Positions 10,006 to 19,982 of a stretch of DNA of 64,000 bases are shown piece by piece (position 1 is the first letter of the stretch; every line of letters starts with the position of its first letter). Source of the DNA: Candidatus Sumerlaeaceae bacterium (GTDB taxonomy: Bacteria; Sumerlaeota; Sumerlaeia; Sumerlaeales; Sumerlaeaceae); contig JBPCLP010000021.1 in assembly GCA_051003195.1 (NCBI GenBank), positions 192,001 to 256,000 of the forward strand, written 5' to 3'. The position numbers and the translations under genes are program-made. The notes under the pieces are model-generated. The model was not told the origin of the DNA. It searched no databases and saw only the letters and a program-made list of their open reading frames with translations.

Positions 10006-10206
10006 CGTGGAGTCGGTCTTCTGACTTACGGATCGTCCTCAGCTCTGCGCCTTCCCAGTTGGCAATGGCACGTGCTGCAAATGCCATTTCCCACCAGTGG
10101 CTACTACGTGCAGGGCGTCGTCCCCGTTTACAGCGGCGGGCCCGCGCCGGCTTTTCACCGGCTTCCCCGGCAGGTTGGACTTTCGCCCTCTCTGCCAAAC
10201 TCCACG
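10006..10206 (-). ncRNA. Cobalamin (B12) riboswitch
   Basis: Minus strand reads GGGAAGCCGGTGAAAAGCCGGCGCGGGCCCGCCGCTGTAAACGGGG...GCCACTGG...GGGAAGGCG...AAGTCAGAAGACC (B12-box); P1 CGTGGAGT/ACTCCACG closes the element. Confidence 0.92.
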
Positions 10207-10413
10207 GGCAGATGATCATCATTGCCTTTAGTGAGGAGCAACAAAGTTCTTGGTACCATCCGATCCAAATCGGATGACGTCGCCATCGAAGGAGAAGGCG
10301 GGCCAAATCTTTGACTTTTCGTACTTTACGCGCAAACAAGCAGCCAAAACTGAAGGCGAACGGGACATTCGCATATAGCATTCAAACACACACAACCAGG
10401 GAGCCACAGATCA

Positions 10414-12438
10414 ATGGCTGAAACAAAAGAACCCACGGAGCAGGCTACAGTCGAAACCGACGAACCCGGTGCAACCCACCAGGAAATGGAAACACGCGAG
10501 TTCCAGACGGAGGCTCGTCAACTGCTGGATCTGATGATCCATTCTGTGTACTCCAACAAAGACATTTTTCTGCGGGAGCTGATCTCCAACGCCAGCGACG
10601 CGCTCGACAAGCTGCGGTACGAATCGCTGACGAACTCCGGGCTGGAGCAATTCACCGTGGATCCGCATATCCGGATTGAGTCCGACCCGGCAGCGCGAAC
10701 AATCACAGTGAGTGACAACGGCATCGGGATGGATCGCGAGGAAGTCATCCGTTTCATTGGCACCATCGCGAAATCCGGAACGCTCGAATACGCCAGGCTT
10801 CTTCAGGACGCTAAATCCAGCGGCAAGGAAGTGCCTGCCGACCTGATCGGGCAGTTCGGCGTAGGCTTCTATTCCAGTTTCATGGTTGCCGATAAAGTGA
10901 CGCTGATCACCCGGCGCGCCGGCCAGGATACGGGAGTGCTGTGGGAGAGCACGGGCGATGGGAAGTACACGATTGGCGAGACAAATCGCTTCGAGCCAGG
11001 CACCTCTGTCACGCTGCACCTCAAGCAAACGGACGATGAAGACGGTGTGAAGGATTATACGCGCGAGTGGACGATTCGCGAGATCGTTAAACATTACTCG
11101 GACTTTGTCTCGTACCCGATCCGGATGAAGGTGCAGCGCAAAGAGATCGAGCGCGATGAAGACGGCAAGCCCAGGGAAGGCGCCGAGGAAAAAACGATCG
11201 TCGAGGACGAAACGCTCAACTCCCAGAAGGCGATCTGGACGCGTCCGGAGAAGGATGTCAGCGACGAAGACTATAACGAGTTTTACAAGCACATCAGCCA
11301 CGACTGGAGCGATCCGCTGAAGCGGGTGATCATTCGCGCCGAGGGGACGAGCGAATTCCGCGCGCTGATTTACATTCCCGCACGCGCGCCGTTTGACCTG
11401 TTTACGCGCGACTTCGAGAAGGGGATTCACCTCTACATCAAACGCGTTTTTATCATGAGCGACGCCAAAGATCTCGTGCCCGAGTACCTGCGATTCCTGC
11501 GCGGCGTGGTGGATTCCGAGGACCTCTCGCTCAATGTTTCGCGTGAGATTCTTCAGAAAGACCGCCACATTGCCACGATCCGAAAGGCTATCGTACGCAA
11601 ACTTCTCGACACGCTAAAGACGATGCGAGCTGACGAGAAGGAGAAGTTCGCGACGTTCTGGAAAGAGTTTGGGCGCGTACTGAAAGAAGGTTTGTTCCAG
11701 GACCAGGCGAATCGCGATGCCTTGCTCGAGATCTGTGGATTCGCGAGCACGGAAAGCAGCGTTGATCCGGACGTTGGCACCACGCTGGAAGAGTACGTTG
11801 CTCGCATGAAGCCGGACCAGAACACCATCTATTACATGACAGGGCCTAACCGTGCCGCCGTCGAGTCGTCGCCGCATCTCGAGGCGTTTCGAGACCAAGG
11901 CTATGAAGTGCTTATCCTTACGGACCCGGTGGACGAAGTCTGGACGCAGTCGCTGTTCGAACACAAGGGCAAGCGGTTCCAGAGCGTTGGAAAGGGCACG
12001 GCCGATATCGGCAGTGAAGAGGATCGGAAAAAGGCGGAGCAGGAGCGCAAGGACAAGGAGAAGGACTTCTCAAGCCTGCTGGAAGCGCTGAAGAGCAGGC
12101 TCGATGAGCACGTCAAAGAAGTGCGTTTGTCGGGGCGTCTCACTAGCAGCCCTGCTTGCCTGGTTGGCGAAGCATACGACATGAGCCCGCAGATGGAACA
12201 GCTCATGCGCGCGAGCGGGCAGGAAGTGCCGAAAACTAAACGCATCCTGGAATTGAATCCAGGGCACCCGTTGCTGGAAAAACTGCAGCAGATATACTCT
12301 GCCGATAGTAACGACGCACGTCTTGGCGATTACGCCGAGTTACTGTACGGCCAAAGCGTGCTTGCCGAAGGAGGTCAGTTGCCCGACCCCGGCGCGTTTA
12401 GCCGGAAAGTTGCCAATCTTATGACGAAAGCGCTTTAG
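10414..12438 (+). CDS. htpG: Molecular chaperone HtpG (Hsp90)
   Basis: YSNKDIFLRELISNASDALDKLR, DNGIGM, IGQFGVGFYS, LSLNVSREILQ. Confidence 0.98.
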   Translation: MAETKEPTEQATVETDEPGATHQEMETREFQTEARQLLDLMIHSVYSNKDIFLRELISNASDALDKLRYESLTNSGLEQFTVDPHIRIESDPAARTITVSDNGIGMDREEVIRFIGTIAKSGTLEYARLLQDAKSSGKEVPADLIGQFGVGFYSSFMVADKVTLITRRAGQDTGVLWESTGDGKYTIGETNRFEPGTSVTLHLKQTDDEDGVKDYTREWTIREIVKHYSDFVSYPIRMKVQRKEIERDEDGKPREGAEEKTIVEDETLNSQKAIWTRPEKDVSDEDYNEFYKHISHDWSDPLKRVIIRAEGTSEFRALIYIPARAPFDLFTRDFEKGIHLYIKRVFIMSDAKDLVPEYLRFLRGVVDSEDLSLNVSREILQKDRHIATIRKAIVRKLLDTLKTMRADEKEKFATFWKEFGRVLKEGLFQDQANRDALLEICGFASTESSVDPDVGTTLEEYVARMKPDQNTIYYMTGPNRAAVESSPHLEAFRDQGYEVLILTDPVDEVWTQSLFEHKGKRFQSVGKGTADIGSEEDRKKAEQERKDKEKDFSSLLEALKSRLDEHVKEVRLSGRLTSSPACLVGEAYDMSPQMEQLMRASGQEVPKTKRILELNPGHPLLEKLQQIYSADSNDARLGDYAELLYGQSVLAEGGQLPDPGAFSRKVANLMTKAL

Positions 12439-12459
12439 GCACCCATGGGATAAATTAAG

Positions 12460-12488
12460 AAACGGCAGCCGATTTCGGCTGCCGTTTT
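12460..12488. terminator. Probable bidirectional terminator
   Basis: AAACGGCAGCCGA-t-TTCGGCTGCCGTTTT between convergent genes. Confidence 0.8.
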
Positions 12489-12515
12489 GTACTTCGATGT
12501 TTATTTTTTGCTTGG

Positions 12516-13325
12516 TTACAAGTTCCGGTTTAAAAAGTCGAGCCCGCGCTCGGCGGCGGCCTTCTGCCCGCCCTCGCCGAATGGTACATGGCCTTCACCC
12601 GGCAGAATCAGCAGCTCGTTGCACAGCTTCTTTTTCCACATGAGTATGTGCAGTTTATGCGCCTCGGCAACAGGGACTGTCGGGTCGCATTCTCCGTGGA
12701 TGATCAAAGTCGGGGGCATATGCCTGAAGTTCGCAAACTGCGGAGGAATCCCGCCAGAGGTAGTGACGACTGCCCGGATGCGCGGGTCCTTAGAGGCGAG
12801 TGCGGTGGCCAGGTATCCACCAAGCGAAAGGCCGGCTACCCCGATGCGGTTTGGATCGACACCACACCCGAAGTTCTGTACGTAATTCACGGCCGCGGCG
12901 TTTACACCGAGCCATGCAGCAAAGGCACGAGGGTCTGGTAACTCGCGGGTGTCGGCATCGGGCGCTTGCAATCCTGGCGTGCCTTCAAAATAGTGGACGA
13001 AGAATACAGCGTAGCCTTCAGAAGCCAGCGCACGACAAACCATGCGGTAGCTGCGCGCATGACGATAAGCGCCATCCGAGCCGTGCAGGAAGATAACCGC
13101 CGGCGCTGAAGCACACTTCGGCAGGAAGTGCTCCACCATGACAGGGCATCCGCTTGGCGCCTGGAAACTACCGGCGCCCTGCTGAACGCCAAGGCCAAGG
13201 AACGCGCCAAGGATTCCCTGGGCGGGTGACGAAGTTGGTGACACGGCAGCACAGACAAGAGCAGAGGCCAGGACAGCGCCCCGAATGCCCAGCATCATTC
13301 GGATCGACATTGGAAAGACCTTCAT
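12516..13325 (-). CDS. Exported alpha/beta hydrolase (dienelactone hydrolase/peptidase S9-like)
   Basis: FLHGSDG, GLSLGG nucleophile elbow, IIHGECDPTVP, GEGH; N-terminal signal peptide. Confidence 0.85.
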   Translation of the reverse strand: MKVFPMSIRMMLGIRGAVLASALVCAAVSPTSSPAQGILGAFLGLGVQQGAGSFQAPSGCPVMVEHFLPKCASAPAVIFLHGSDGAYRHARSYRMVCRALASEGYAVFFVHYFEGTPGLQAPDADTRELPDPRAFAAWLGVNAAAVNYVQNFGCGVDPNRIGVAGLSLGGYLATALASKDPRIRAVVTTSGGIPPQFANFRHMPPTLIIHGECDPTVPVAEAHKLHILMWKKKLCNELLILPGEGHVPFGEGGQKAAAERGLDFLNRNL

Positions 13326-13459
13326 TTTAGTAATATTTCAAAACTGAAACCCTGTTGCGGGCCGCAAACCGGACCGTGTCAAGCAGATGTGGCCAAGTGA
13401 GAGCAAACTCTATACCGTCGCACTTGACGCGTTGGCGATTGCGCCGCCGGATCGCCCGC

Positions 13460-14485
13460 ATGGTTTATGAGCGCCTCCTCCGCCCTGTGCTGTTCCGCAT
13501 GTGGAACAGCGATGCCGAATCGGCCCATCACGCAACGATGCGCTGGCTCGTACGTGCAGGCGAGCGTCCGCTTTTAAGGAAGATGATCGAACAGGTGTTC
13601 ACAATCGAAGCACCATCGCTCCACCGTCAGCTTTTTGGACTCACGTTTCGCAATCCCGTCGGGCTCGCCGGGGGGTTCGACAAGAACGCACTCAGTTTGC
13701 CAGGTCTGGAGGCACTGGGATTCGGTTTTCTCGAAGTCGGGACGGTCACGCGCCATCCACAGCCGGGCAATGCGCGCCCCCGCCTGTTCCGCCTGCCGCA
13801 GGACGAAGCGATTATTAACCGCCTTGGGTTCAATAACGATGGCGCGGACGCCCTCGCCGCCCGCCTCGCCCAATCGCCGCGTAACCCCGTTGTTCCGATC
13901 GGAATCAGCATCGGAAAATCGAAAGCCACTCCGCCTGGGCAAGCCATCGAGGATTACGTCTATTCCTTTCGGGCATTGTTTGCGCATGGGGACTATTTTG
14001 CAATTAACGTGAGCTCACCCAATACACCGGGGCTTCGGCAGCTTCAGGACAAAGATGCCCTGGACGCATTGCTGGTTGCGCTTGGAGCCGAGCGCAGCCG
14101 TCTGGGACAAAAACCTTTTCTGGTAAAGATTGCACCGGATCTGGAACCTGCTGCGCTCGACGAATTGCTGCAGGTGTGTGCCGAGCGAAGTGTCGACGGA
14201 CTGATTGCGACGAATACAACTCTATCCCGTGAGGGGCTGCATGTGGCAATCAGCGAGGAGGGAGGGCTAAGCGGGCGTCCTCTGTTCACGCGCGCATTAG
14301 GGGTAGTGCGCCATGTCCGGTCTGCCTTGCCTCGGATGCCGATCATTGGCGTGGGGGGCATCATGTCCGGTTCCGACGCGCTTCAAATGATGGACGCCGG
14401 CGCAGATCTGGTCCAGATTTACACAGGGTTGATCTATCGCGGACCTGGGCTTGTGAAGGAAATCTGCCGAACGGTGCTTGCTTGA
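13460..14485 (+). CDS. pyrD: Quinone-dependent dihydroorotate dehydrogenase (class 2)
   Basis: [48 protein letters not shown]. Confidence 0.97.
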   Translation: MVYERLLRPVLFRMWNSDAESAHHATMRWLVRAGERPLLRKMIEQVFTIEAPSLHRQLFGLTFRNPVGLAGGFDKNALSLPGLEALGFGFLEVGTVTRHPQPGNARPRLFRLPQDEAIINRLGFNNDGADALAARLAQSPRNPVVPIGISIGKSKATPPGQAIEDYVYSFRALFAHGDYFAINVSSPNTPGLRQLQDKDALDALLVALGAERSRLGQKPFLVKIAPDLEPAALDELLQVCAERSVDGLIATNTTLSREGLHVAISEEGGLSGRPLFTRALGVVRHVRSALPRMPIIGVGGIMSGSDALQMMDAGADLVQIYTGLIYRGPGLVKEICRTVLA

Positions 14486-14654
14486 GTTACCACCGGATCA
14501 GCGGCATTTTTTTCTGCTGGACTTGAATGACACAGGCTCAACTACTGAATAACCCTTATAGCTGGGCGCGTGCGGTGGAGTTCCGCATTATAGCGGAGCT
14601 CTGCTGGTTAAGTACTTAGAAGTTTTTTGAAGGCAGGCGGTAAAAGCGAAAAGT

Positions 14655-15929
14655 ATGGGTATTCTGTGTTTCGGGCTTAGCCATCGTACTGCCCCCCTGT
14701 CTTTGCTCGAGCGTGTAAGCTTCAGCACCGACGGGATGGATGCGTTTTTAAACACCCTTACCGCTCCTTCTGAAGTAAACGAGGCCTTTGGACTGTCCAC
14801 GTGCAACCGAACCGAATTCTACCTGCATGCGGGCAATGTGCACGAGGCGCTGGCGCTGCTGCTGTCGAGGCTGCACGATGAGCGGGGTGTGGACTTGCGT
14901 CCCGAAAGCAAACAAACGTATTTCTACGCGGATGAAGCTGCGATGCGCCATCTTTTCAGAGTGGCCTGCGGTGTGGACTCTCTCATCATCGGCGAGAACG
15001 AAATATTGGGGCAGATGCGCAAGGCGCGTGAGGCCTCCGCAGACGCGGGCTATGTAGGGCCAGTGCTGGATCCAATTCTACTGCGGGCCCTCGACGTAGG
15101 ACGCCGCGTTCGTCGCACGACTGCCATCAGCAAAGGCAATGTTTCGGTGGCGTCCGTCGCAGCCACCCTGGCGGCGCGGCACTTTCCCGACATCGCTGAG
15201 AAACGCGCAGTGGTTTTAGGTGCGGGAGAAACCGCGGAGCTTGCCTCGCGACACCTGGCCGAGCGCGGGATGACGCGTATCACGATTGCCAACCGAACAT
15301 ACGAACGCGCCAGGGACCTTGCGCACATCGTTGGCGCCCGCGAAACGGCATTTGAGCAGATCGGCGAAGCGTTGGCTGATGCGGACATCGTTCTTTGCGC
15401 TACGGGTGCACCGCACTTTATCATCAACGAAGCAATGGTACGCGCTGCAATGGAACGCCGCAATGGCCAGGCGTTACTATTGCTCGACCTGTCGGTTCCG
15501 AGGAACGTCGACCCGTGCGTCGCCGCTTTGGAGGGCGTGACCGTGCACAGCATGGAAAGCATGACGCAAATCGCCGAGGAGAACCGGCTGCAGCGTGAAG
15601 CGCAGGTGGAGCGAGTGGAGCAGGTTATTGGCGAAGAGATCGCCGCGTTCCGAAGCGCGGAGTTGTCGCGCGACACATCCAGGTTTGTCGCGGCGTTGCA
15701 CCGCCGTACCGAGCAGCTCCGCCGCGGGCATCTCGACCGCTATGGCCACTTTTTTGACGACCAGCACCGCGACCACCTGGAGTCCTTTACCTCCGGTCTC
15801 ACGCGAAGCTTATTGCACGAGTTGGTCGCGAATTTGCGCACGTTGGACCTCGAGACCGATGAAGGACGTCATCGCTTCCAGGTCGCCCAGGAGCTGTTTA
15901 ATATTACCCCTGATGACGGTGGCGATTAA
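14655..15929 (+). CDS. hemA: Glutamyl-tRNA reductase
   Basis: HRTAP, LSTCNRTEFY, GVDSLIIGENEILGQ, GAGE, ANRTYERA, DLSVPRNVDP. Confidence 0.97.
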   Translation: MGILCFGLSHRTAPLSLLERVSFSTDGMDAFLNTLTAPSEVNEAFGLSTCNRTEFYLHAGNVHEALALLLSRLHDERGVDLRPESKQTYFYADEAAMRHLFRVACGVDSLIIGENEILGQMRKAREASADAGYVGPVLDPILLRALDVGRRVRRTTAISKGNVSVASVAATLAARHFPDIAEKRAVVLGAGETAELASRHLAERGMTRITIANRTYERARDLAHIVGARETAFEQIGEALADADIVLCATGAPHFIINEAMVRAAMERRNGQALLLLDLSVPRNVDPCVAALEGVTVHSMESMTQIAEENRLQREAQVERVEQVIGEEIAAFRSAELSRDTSRFVAALHRRTEQLRRGHLDRYGHFFDDQHRDHLESFTSGLTRSLLHELVANLRTLDLETDEGRHRFQVAQELFNITPDDGGD

Positions 15930-15962
15930 CGTAAGTCCCAGGTGCCGGAACGAATCGGATCT

Positions 15963-16457
15963 ATGGTAACAATCGTTCCGATGACGCGCTTACATGTGCA
16001 GGCTGCAAAGCGCGTAATTATCACCGTTGTCTGTGAACTGTTTGCTGGAGACACTTCAGCGGCAAATATCGATCGCACATTAAATGATTATGACCGCTCA
16101 CGGCATTTTGCTGACATTGATGATTTTGAGGAACATTATCTTGCGCGCAAAGGAATGTTCCTGGTCCTGCTCGAAGGCGACGAGGTTGTGGGTACGGGCG
16201 CGGTACGGCCATTGGATCAAACCACTGCTGAGTTAAAGAGGATGTGGTTTTTACCTGAGTACCGCGGACTCGGATTGGGACGGAGCATGGCGGAGCAGCT
16301 TCTTGAGTTTGCTCGAACAAGCGGTTATACTCACGTGCGGCTGGATAGTGGAAAGAACCAAGTTGCGGCGCTTCGGCTCTATCACAAGCTTGGGTTTCGC
16401 GAGATACAGCGCTATAATGAAAGCACGTGCGACGTTTTCATGGAGCTTGAACTGTAA
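15963..16457 (+). CDS. GNAT family N-acetyltransferase
   Basis: AELKRMWFLPEYRGLGLGR and LYHKLGFREIQRYN. Confidence 0.9.
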   Translation: MVTIVPMTRLHVQAAKRVIITVVCELFAGDTSAANIDRTLNDYDRSRHFADIDDFEEHYLARKGMFLVLLEGDEVVGTGAVRPLDQTTAELKRMWFLPEYRGLGLGRSMAEQLLEFARTSGYTHVRLDSGKNQVAALRLYHKLGFREIQRYNESTCDVFMELEL

Positions 16458-16478
16458 AGGCAGTCTGTCAGCTATCAA

Positions 16479-17630
16479 TCAGGATGACGCCGCGGTACCC
16501 GGCACCGCCACGCGCGCATTCGTAATCGCCCCCTCGCGGCACAGCATGGTCTCGCGCGTGATTTCATCGTCGATGTCGATGGTCATTTCACCCTTTTTCA
16601 CCAGGTGCAGAATCAGGCTGCTGACGTTTTTTGCATAGAGCTGGCTCGCGTGATAAGGCACTTCGCTGGGCATATTATCCGGCCCAAAGATGGTTACACC
16701 CGAATCGTAAACGGTCTGCCCCGACTGCGTTAGCTCGCAATTGCCACCGCGCTCGGCCGCAAGATCCACCACGACAGATCCCGGCGACATGCGGCGGGTA
16801 TGCTCAGCTGACACAAGGACAGGCGCGCGCTTACCAGGCACGGCTGCCGTCGTTATGAGCACGTCGCTCTCCGCTACAACTTTACCGATCAGCTCACGCT
16901 GCCGCTGGTAAAAAGCTTCGTCCTGCGCGGCGGCATATCCGCCGGCACCTTCCGCCGCTGCGGTTTCGAGCGGCAGTTCAACAAACCGTGCGCCAAGGCT
17001 GAGCACCTGTTCCTTGGCTGCGGCACGTACATCGTAAGCGCTTACGACGGCACCCAGCCGCCGCGCCGTCGCAATGGCCTGTAACCCGGCAACACCGGCA
17101 CCCATAATGAGTACGCGGGCCGGCGCAATGGTTCCAGCGGCTGTCGTCAGCATTGGGAACATACGCGGCAGCAGATTCGCCGCTACCAGCACCGCTTTAT
17201 ATCCGGCAATGGAAGCCTGGCTCGACAACGCGTCCATGCTCTGCGCCCGGGTAATCCGCGGAATAAGCTCCATGGCGAAGGCGGTGACCCCCGTTGCAGC
17301 AAGCCTGGCTGCCGCCGCAGTTTCACCAAGCGGGTCCAGGAATCCAATGAGAATCTGCCCCGGTTTCAGCCCTGCCAGTTCAACGCCCGGGTTTGCGCCG
17401 CCCGCGCGCACGCAGGCAAGGATGTCTGCCGAACCAATCAATGCCTCGGCGTCCCCGACAACGGTTGCGCCTTTATCGATGTATTGTTGATCAGGGAATC
17501 CTGCTTCCACCCCTGCGCCGCTCTGCACGTGAACCTGGATGTCCTGCTTCAGCAACAGCGGCACCGATGCCGGTACAAGCGCCACGCGCCGCTCGCCTGC
17601 GAATGTCTCTTTTGGGACCCCTACGATCAC
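16479..17630 (-). CDS. pntA: NAD(P) transhydrogenase subunit alpha part 1 (domain I)
   Basis: VGVPKETFAGERRVALVP, RITRAQSMDALSSQ, GAGVAGLQA, DLAAERGGNCE; GTG start with GGAGG 6 nt upstream on the minus strand. Confidence 0.96.
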   Translation of the reverse strand: MIVGVPKETFAGERRVALVPASVPLLLKQDIQVHVQSGAGVEAGFPDQQYIDKGATVVGDAEALIGSADILACVRAGGANPGVELAGLKPGQILIGFLDPLGETAAAARLAATGVTAFAMELIPRITRAQSMDALSSQASIAGYKAVLVAANLLPRMFPMLTTAAGTIAPARVLIMGAGVAGLQAIATARRLGAVVSAYDVRAAAKEQVLSLGARFVELPLETAAAEGAGGYAAAQDEAFYQRQRELIGKVVAESDVLITTAAVPGKRAPVLVSAEHTRRMSPGSVVVDLAAERGGNCELTQSGQTVYDSGVTIFGPDNMPSEVPYHASQLYAKNVSSLILHLVKKGEMTIDIDDEITRETMLCREGAITNARVAVPGTAASS

Positions 17631-17723
17631 TTGATGCCTCCAGGTACTTCCATCGCCAACCACCCACAACTTGACTCAGGCTTTCGCACTTCCCGAACCT
17701 CGCTTCCACATAAGGAGATTCCA

Positions 17724-18068
17724 GTGCAATCCACACTAATCACCAACCTCTACATTTTTCTTCTGGCGACGTTTATCGGCTTTGAGGTGATCCGGCGGGT
17801 TTCACCGCTGCTTCACACTCCATTGATGTCGCTGACCAATGCAATCTCGGCCATTGCGATTGTTGGAGCGCTGGTGATAGCCGGCCGCCGGGACGCGCCT
17901 ACGCTTGTGACAGTGCTTGGGACAATAGCCGTACTTGCGTCCACGATCAACATTGTCGGCGGATACCTTATCACCTATCGCATGCTTCGGATGTTTAAGA
18001 AACGGGAGCGCGTAGCGGTTGTTCAGCCGAATTCTTCGACCAGCACACCGGCTGGGCCTGCTAAATGA
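17724..18068 (+). CDS. pntA: NAD(P) transhydrogenase subunit alpha part 2 (membrane part)
   Basis: TAAGGAG RBS then GTG at 17724; VSPLLHTPLMSLTNAIS, NIVGGYLITYRMLRMF. Confidence 0.93.
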   Translation: MQSTLITNLYIFLLATFIGFEVIRRVSPLLHTPLMSLTNAISAIAIVGALVIAGRRDAPTLVTVLGTIAVLASTINIVGGYLITYRMLRMFKKRERVAVVQPNSSTSTPAGPAK

Positions 18069-19501
18069 TTGTCATACTGGTTCACCTCGCCTACATCGCC
18101 GCTGCCGCATGTTTTATCCTGGCGCTGAAATGGTTAAGCGCGGTGCCGACGGCACGTCGCGGCGTGATTATTGGTGTAACGGGTATGGCGCTCGCCGTCG
18201 GCGGCACGCTGATCAAGCCCGAGGTCGTCAACTATCAGTGGATCGCGATTGCGATCGTGCTGGGCTCGATTATCGGGGTCCCCATGGCGCTTATGCCAAT
18301 GACCCACGTCCCGCAGCGAACCGCGCTTTCCCATTCATTCGGCGCGCTGGCCGTCGCGCTCGTAGGTGCCGCCGAGTTTTATCTGCACCGCTGGGGTCAC
18401 GGCGGGAGCGGCACCGCGCAAGGGGCAGGCGCCGCTGCGGCAGGCGGGGCGCATCTCGACCGCTTTACCATGTCGGCCCTTGTGCTGGAAGTGCTCCTTG
18501 GCGGCCTGACCTTCACCGCCAGCCTTATGGCCTTTGGCAAACTGCAGGAGCTGATCCCCACGCGACCCATTGTCTACCCGCACCAGAACATTCTCAATTT
18601 GTCCGTACTCGGACTGGCGGTTCTGTTCGCCATCCTGATTGTGGCAAGCCCCAGCCTTGGATGGCTTTTCCCGATATTCCTGGCGCTCTCGGTTGCGTTT
18701 GGCGTGCTGCTGATATTGCCTATCGGCGGAGCGGATATGCCGACGGTTCTCGCGCTGCTCAATTCGTACGCCGGCCTGAGCGCGGCGGCCATGGGTTTCG
18801 TACTCGATAACAAATTACTGATCATCGCGGGGTCGTTGGATGGATCCTCCGGCTTTATTCTGTCCGTGATCATGTGCCGCGCAATGAACCGCAGCTTCAC
18901 GAATGTGCTGTTTGGTGCTTTTGGCCAGGTACAAACCTCTGCACCTGGGGAAGTGGAGCAGCGCACCGCCCGCAGCGCCAGTGCCGAAGAAGCAGCGTCG
19001 TTCCTGGATGCGGCATCGAGTGTATTGATTGTCCCGGGATATGGAATGGCCGTGGCGCAGGCCCAGCACAAGGTGCGCGAACTGTACGACCTGCTCACTA
19101 AGCGCGGAGTCGATGTGCGCTTTGCCATTCATCCAGTGGCGGGGCGTATGCCGGGCCACATGAACGTGCTGCTGGCCGAGGCCGATATCCCGTACGACAA
19201 GCTCCTTGAGATGGATGACGCAAACTCCGAATTCCCACAGGCGGACGTGGCACTCGTGATCGGCGCAAATGATGTGACGAACCCGGCCGCCCGTCACGAC
19301 AAAGGCAGCCCGATTTACGGAATGCCCATACTGGATGTCGACAAGGCCCGAACCGTCATGGTCATCAAACGCAGCATGAACCCCGGGTTTGCGGGAATCG
19401 AGAACGAGCTCTACTTCCAGGAGCAGACGCTGATGTTGTTCGGAGACGCGAAAAGTTTTGTCGGCGAACTGGTAAAGGAGCTTTCCGCCGTCGCGGCCTG
19501 A
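18065..19501 (+). CDS. pntB: NAD(P) transhydrogenase subunit beta
   Basis: IGGADMP, LNSYAG, AMNRS, VPGYGMAVAQAQ, HPVAGRMPGHMNVLLAEA, GANDVTNPAA. Confidence 0.98.
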   Translation: MIVILVHLAYIAAAACFILALKWLSAVPTARRGVIIGVTGMALAVGGTLIKPEVVNYQWIAIAIVLGSIIGVPMALMPMTHVPQRTALSHSFGALAVALVGAAEFYLHRWGHGGSGTAQGAGAAAAGGAHLDRFTMSALVLEVLLGGLTFTASLMAFGKLQELIPTRPIVYPHQNILNLSVLGLAVLFAILIVASPSLGWLFPIFLALSVAFGVLLILPIGGADMPTVLALLNSYAGLSAAAMGFVLDNKLLIIAGSLDGSSGFILSVIMCRAMNRSFTNVLFGAFGQVQTSAPGEVEQRTARSASAEEAASFLDAASSVLIVPGYGMAVAQAQHKVRELYDLLTKRGVDVRFAIHPVAGRMPGHMNVLLAEADIPYDKLLEMDDANSEFPQADVALVIGANDVTNPAARHDKGSPIYGMPILDVDKARTVMVIKRSMNPGFAGIENELYFQEQTLMLFGDAKSFVGELVKELSAVAA

Positions 19502-19505
19502 CTAC

Positions 19506-19982
19506 CAGTGTGCCGAATCAGAAGTTCGTATCCAGTTTGAGCACGGAAGAAAGCTCGATTCGGCACACAGAACCGAATACGAACTAACGGAGCCCACACT
19601 AATGTGCAGTCTCAGAATTTCGCGGAATAATTACATGATTCCGGCTTTTTGGAATCCGCAGAATTTCGCGGCATAATTCAGTTCAGGGCACGCCTAACCA
19701 ACCGGGCGCCGCGCAACAAACCAAACATTCGGTTTTTTGCGCCGAAGGTGCAGCGGAACCCAGCCCAGGGAAAGGAGGCCACGGCTTTTTGTGGCCGACG
19801 CAGCCCTAGGTTATCGATACAATTACATCGCGCCCTGAAGGGGCGCCGCAAACCGAAAATATGGTACAAATTTCTGGGACACCACACCAGTGTACCGATT
19901 CCGTAGTTCATTACGAGACCAAACAAACTTACCCTCGATTCAGCACACAGAACTGATTACGAACAAACGGTAGATCACGCTA
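19506..19982. mobile_element. Composite non-autonomous repeat element, copy 2 (A-B-A arrangement)
   Basis: ~96-bp module A at 19506-19601 and 19888-19982 flanking a REP-containing module that matches 8581-8706. Confidence 0.75.

Noticed and set aside
9858..10381. N-terminal extension of the 8733 ORF and small ORFs at 9850-10381
   Set aside because: They overlap the riboswitch and its expression platform; ATG 9857 has the RBS and signal peptide.
10411..11568. 385-aa antisense ORF opposite htpG
   Set aside because: Shadow ORF of a conserved, codon-biased gene; no independent motifs.
17484..17723. Extended N-terminus of pntA2 in the ORF track
   Set aside because: Overlaps pntA1; the RBS supports GTG at 17724.
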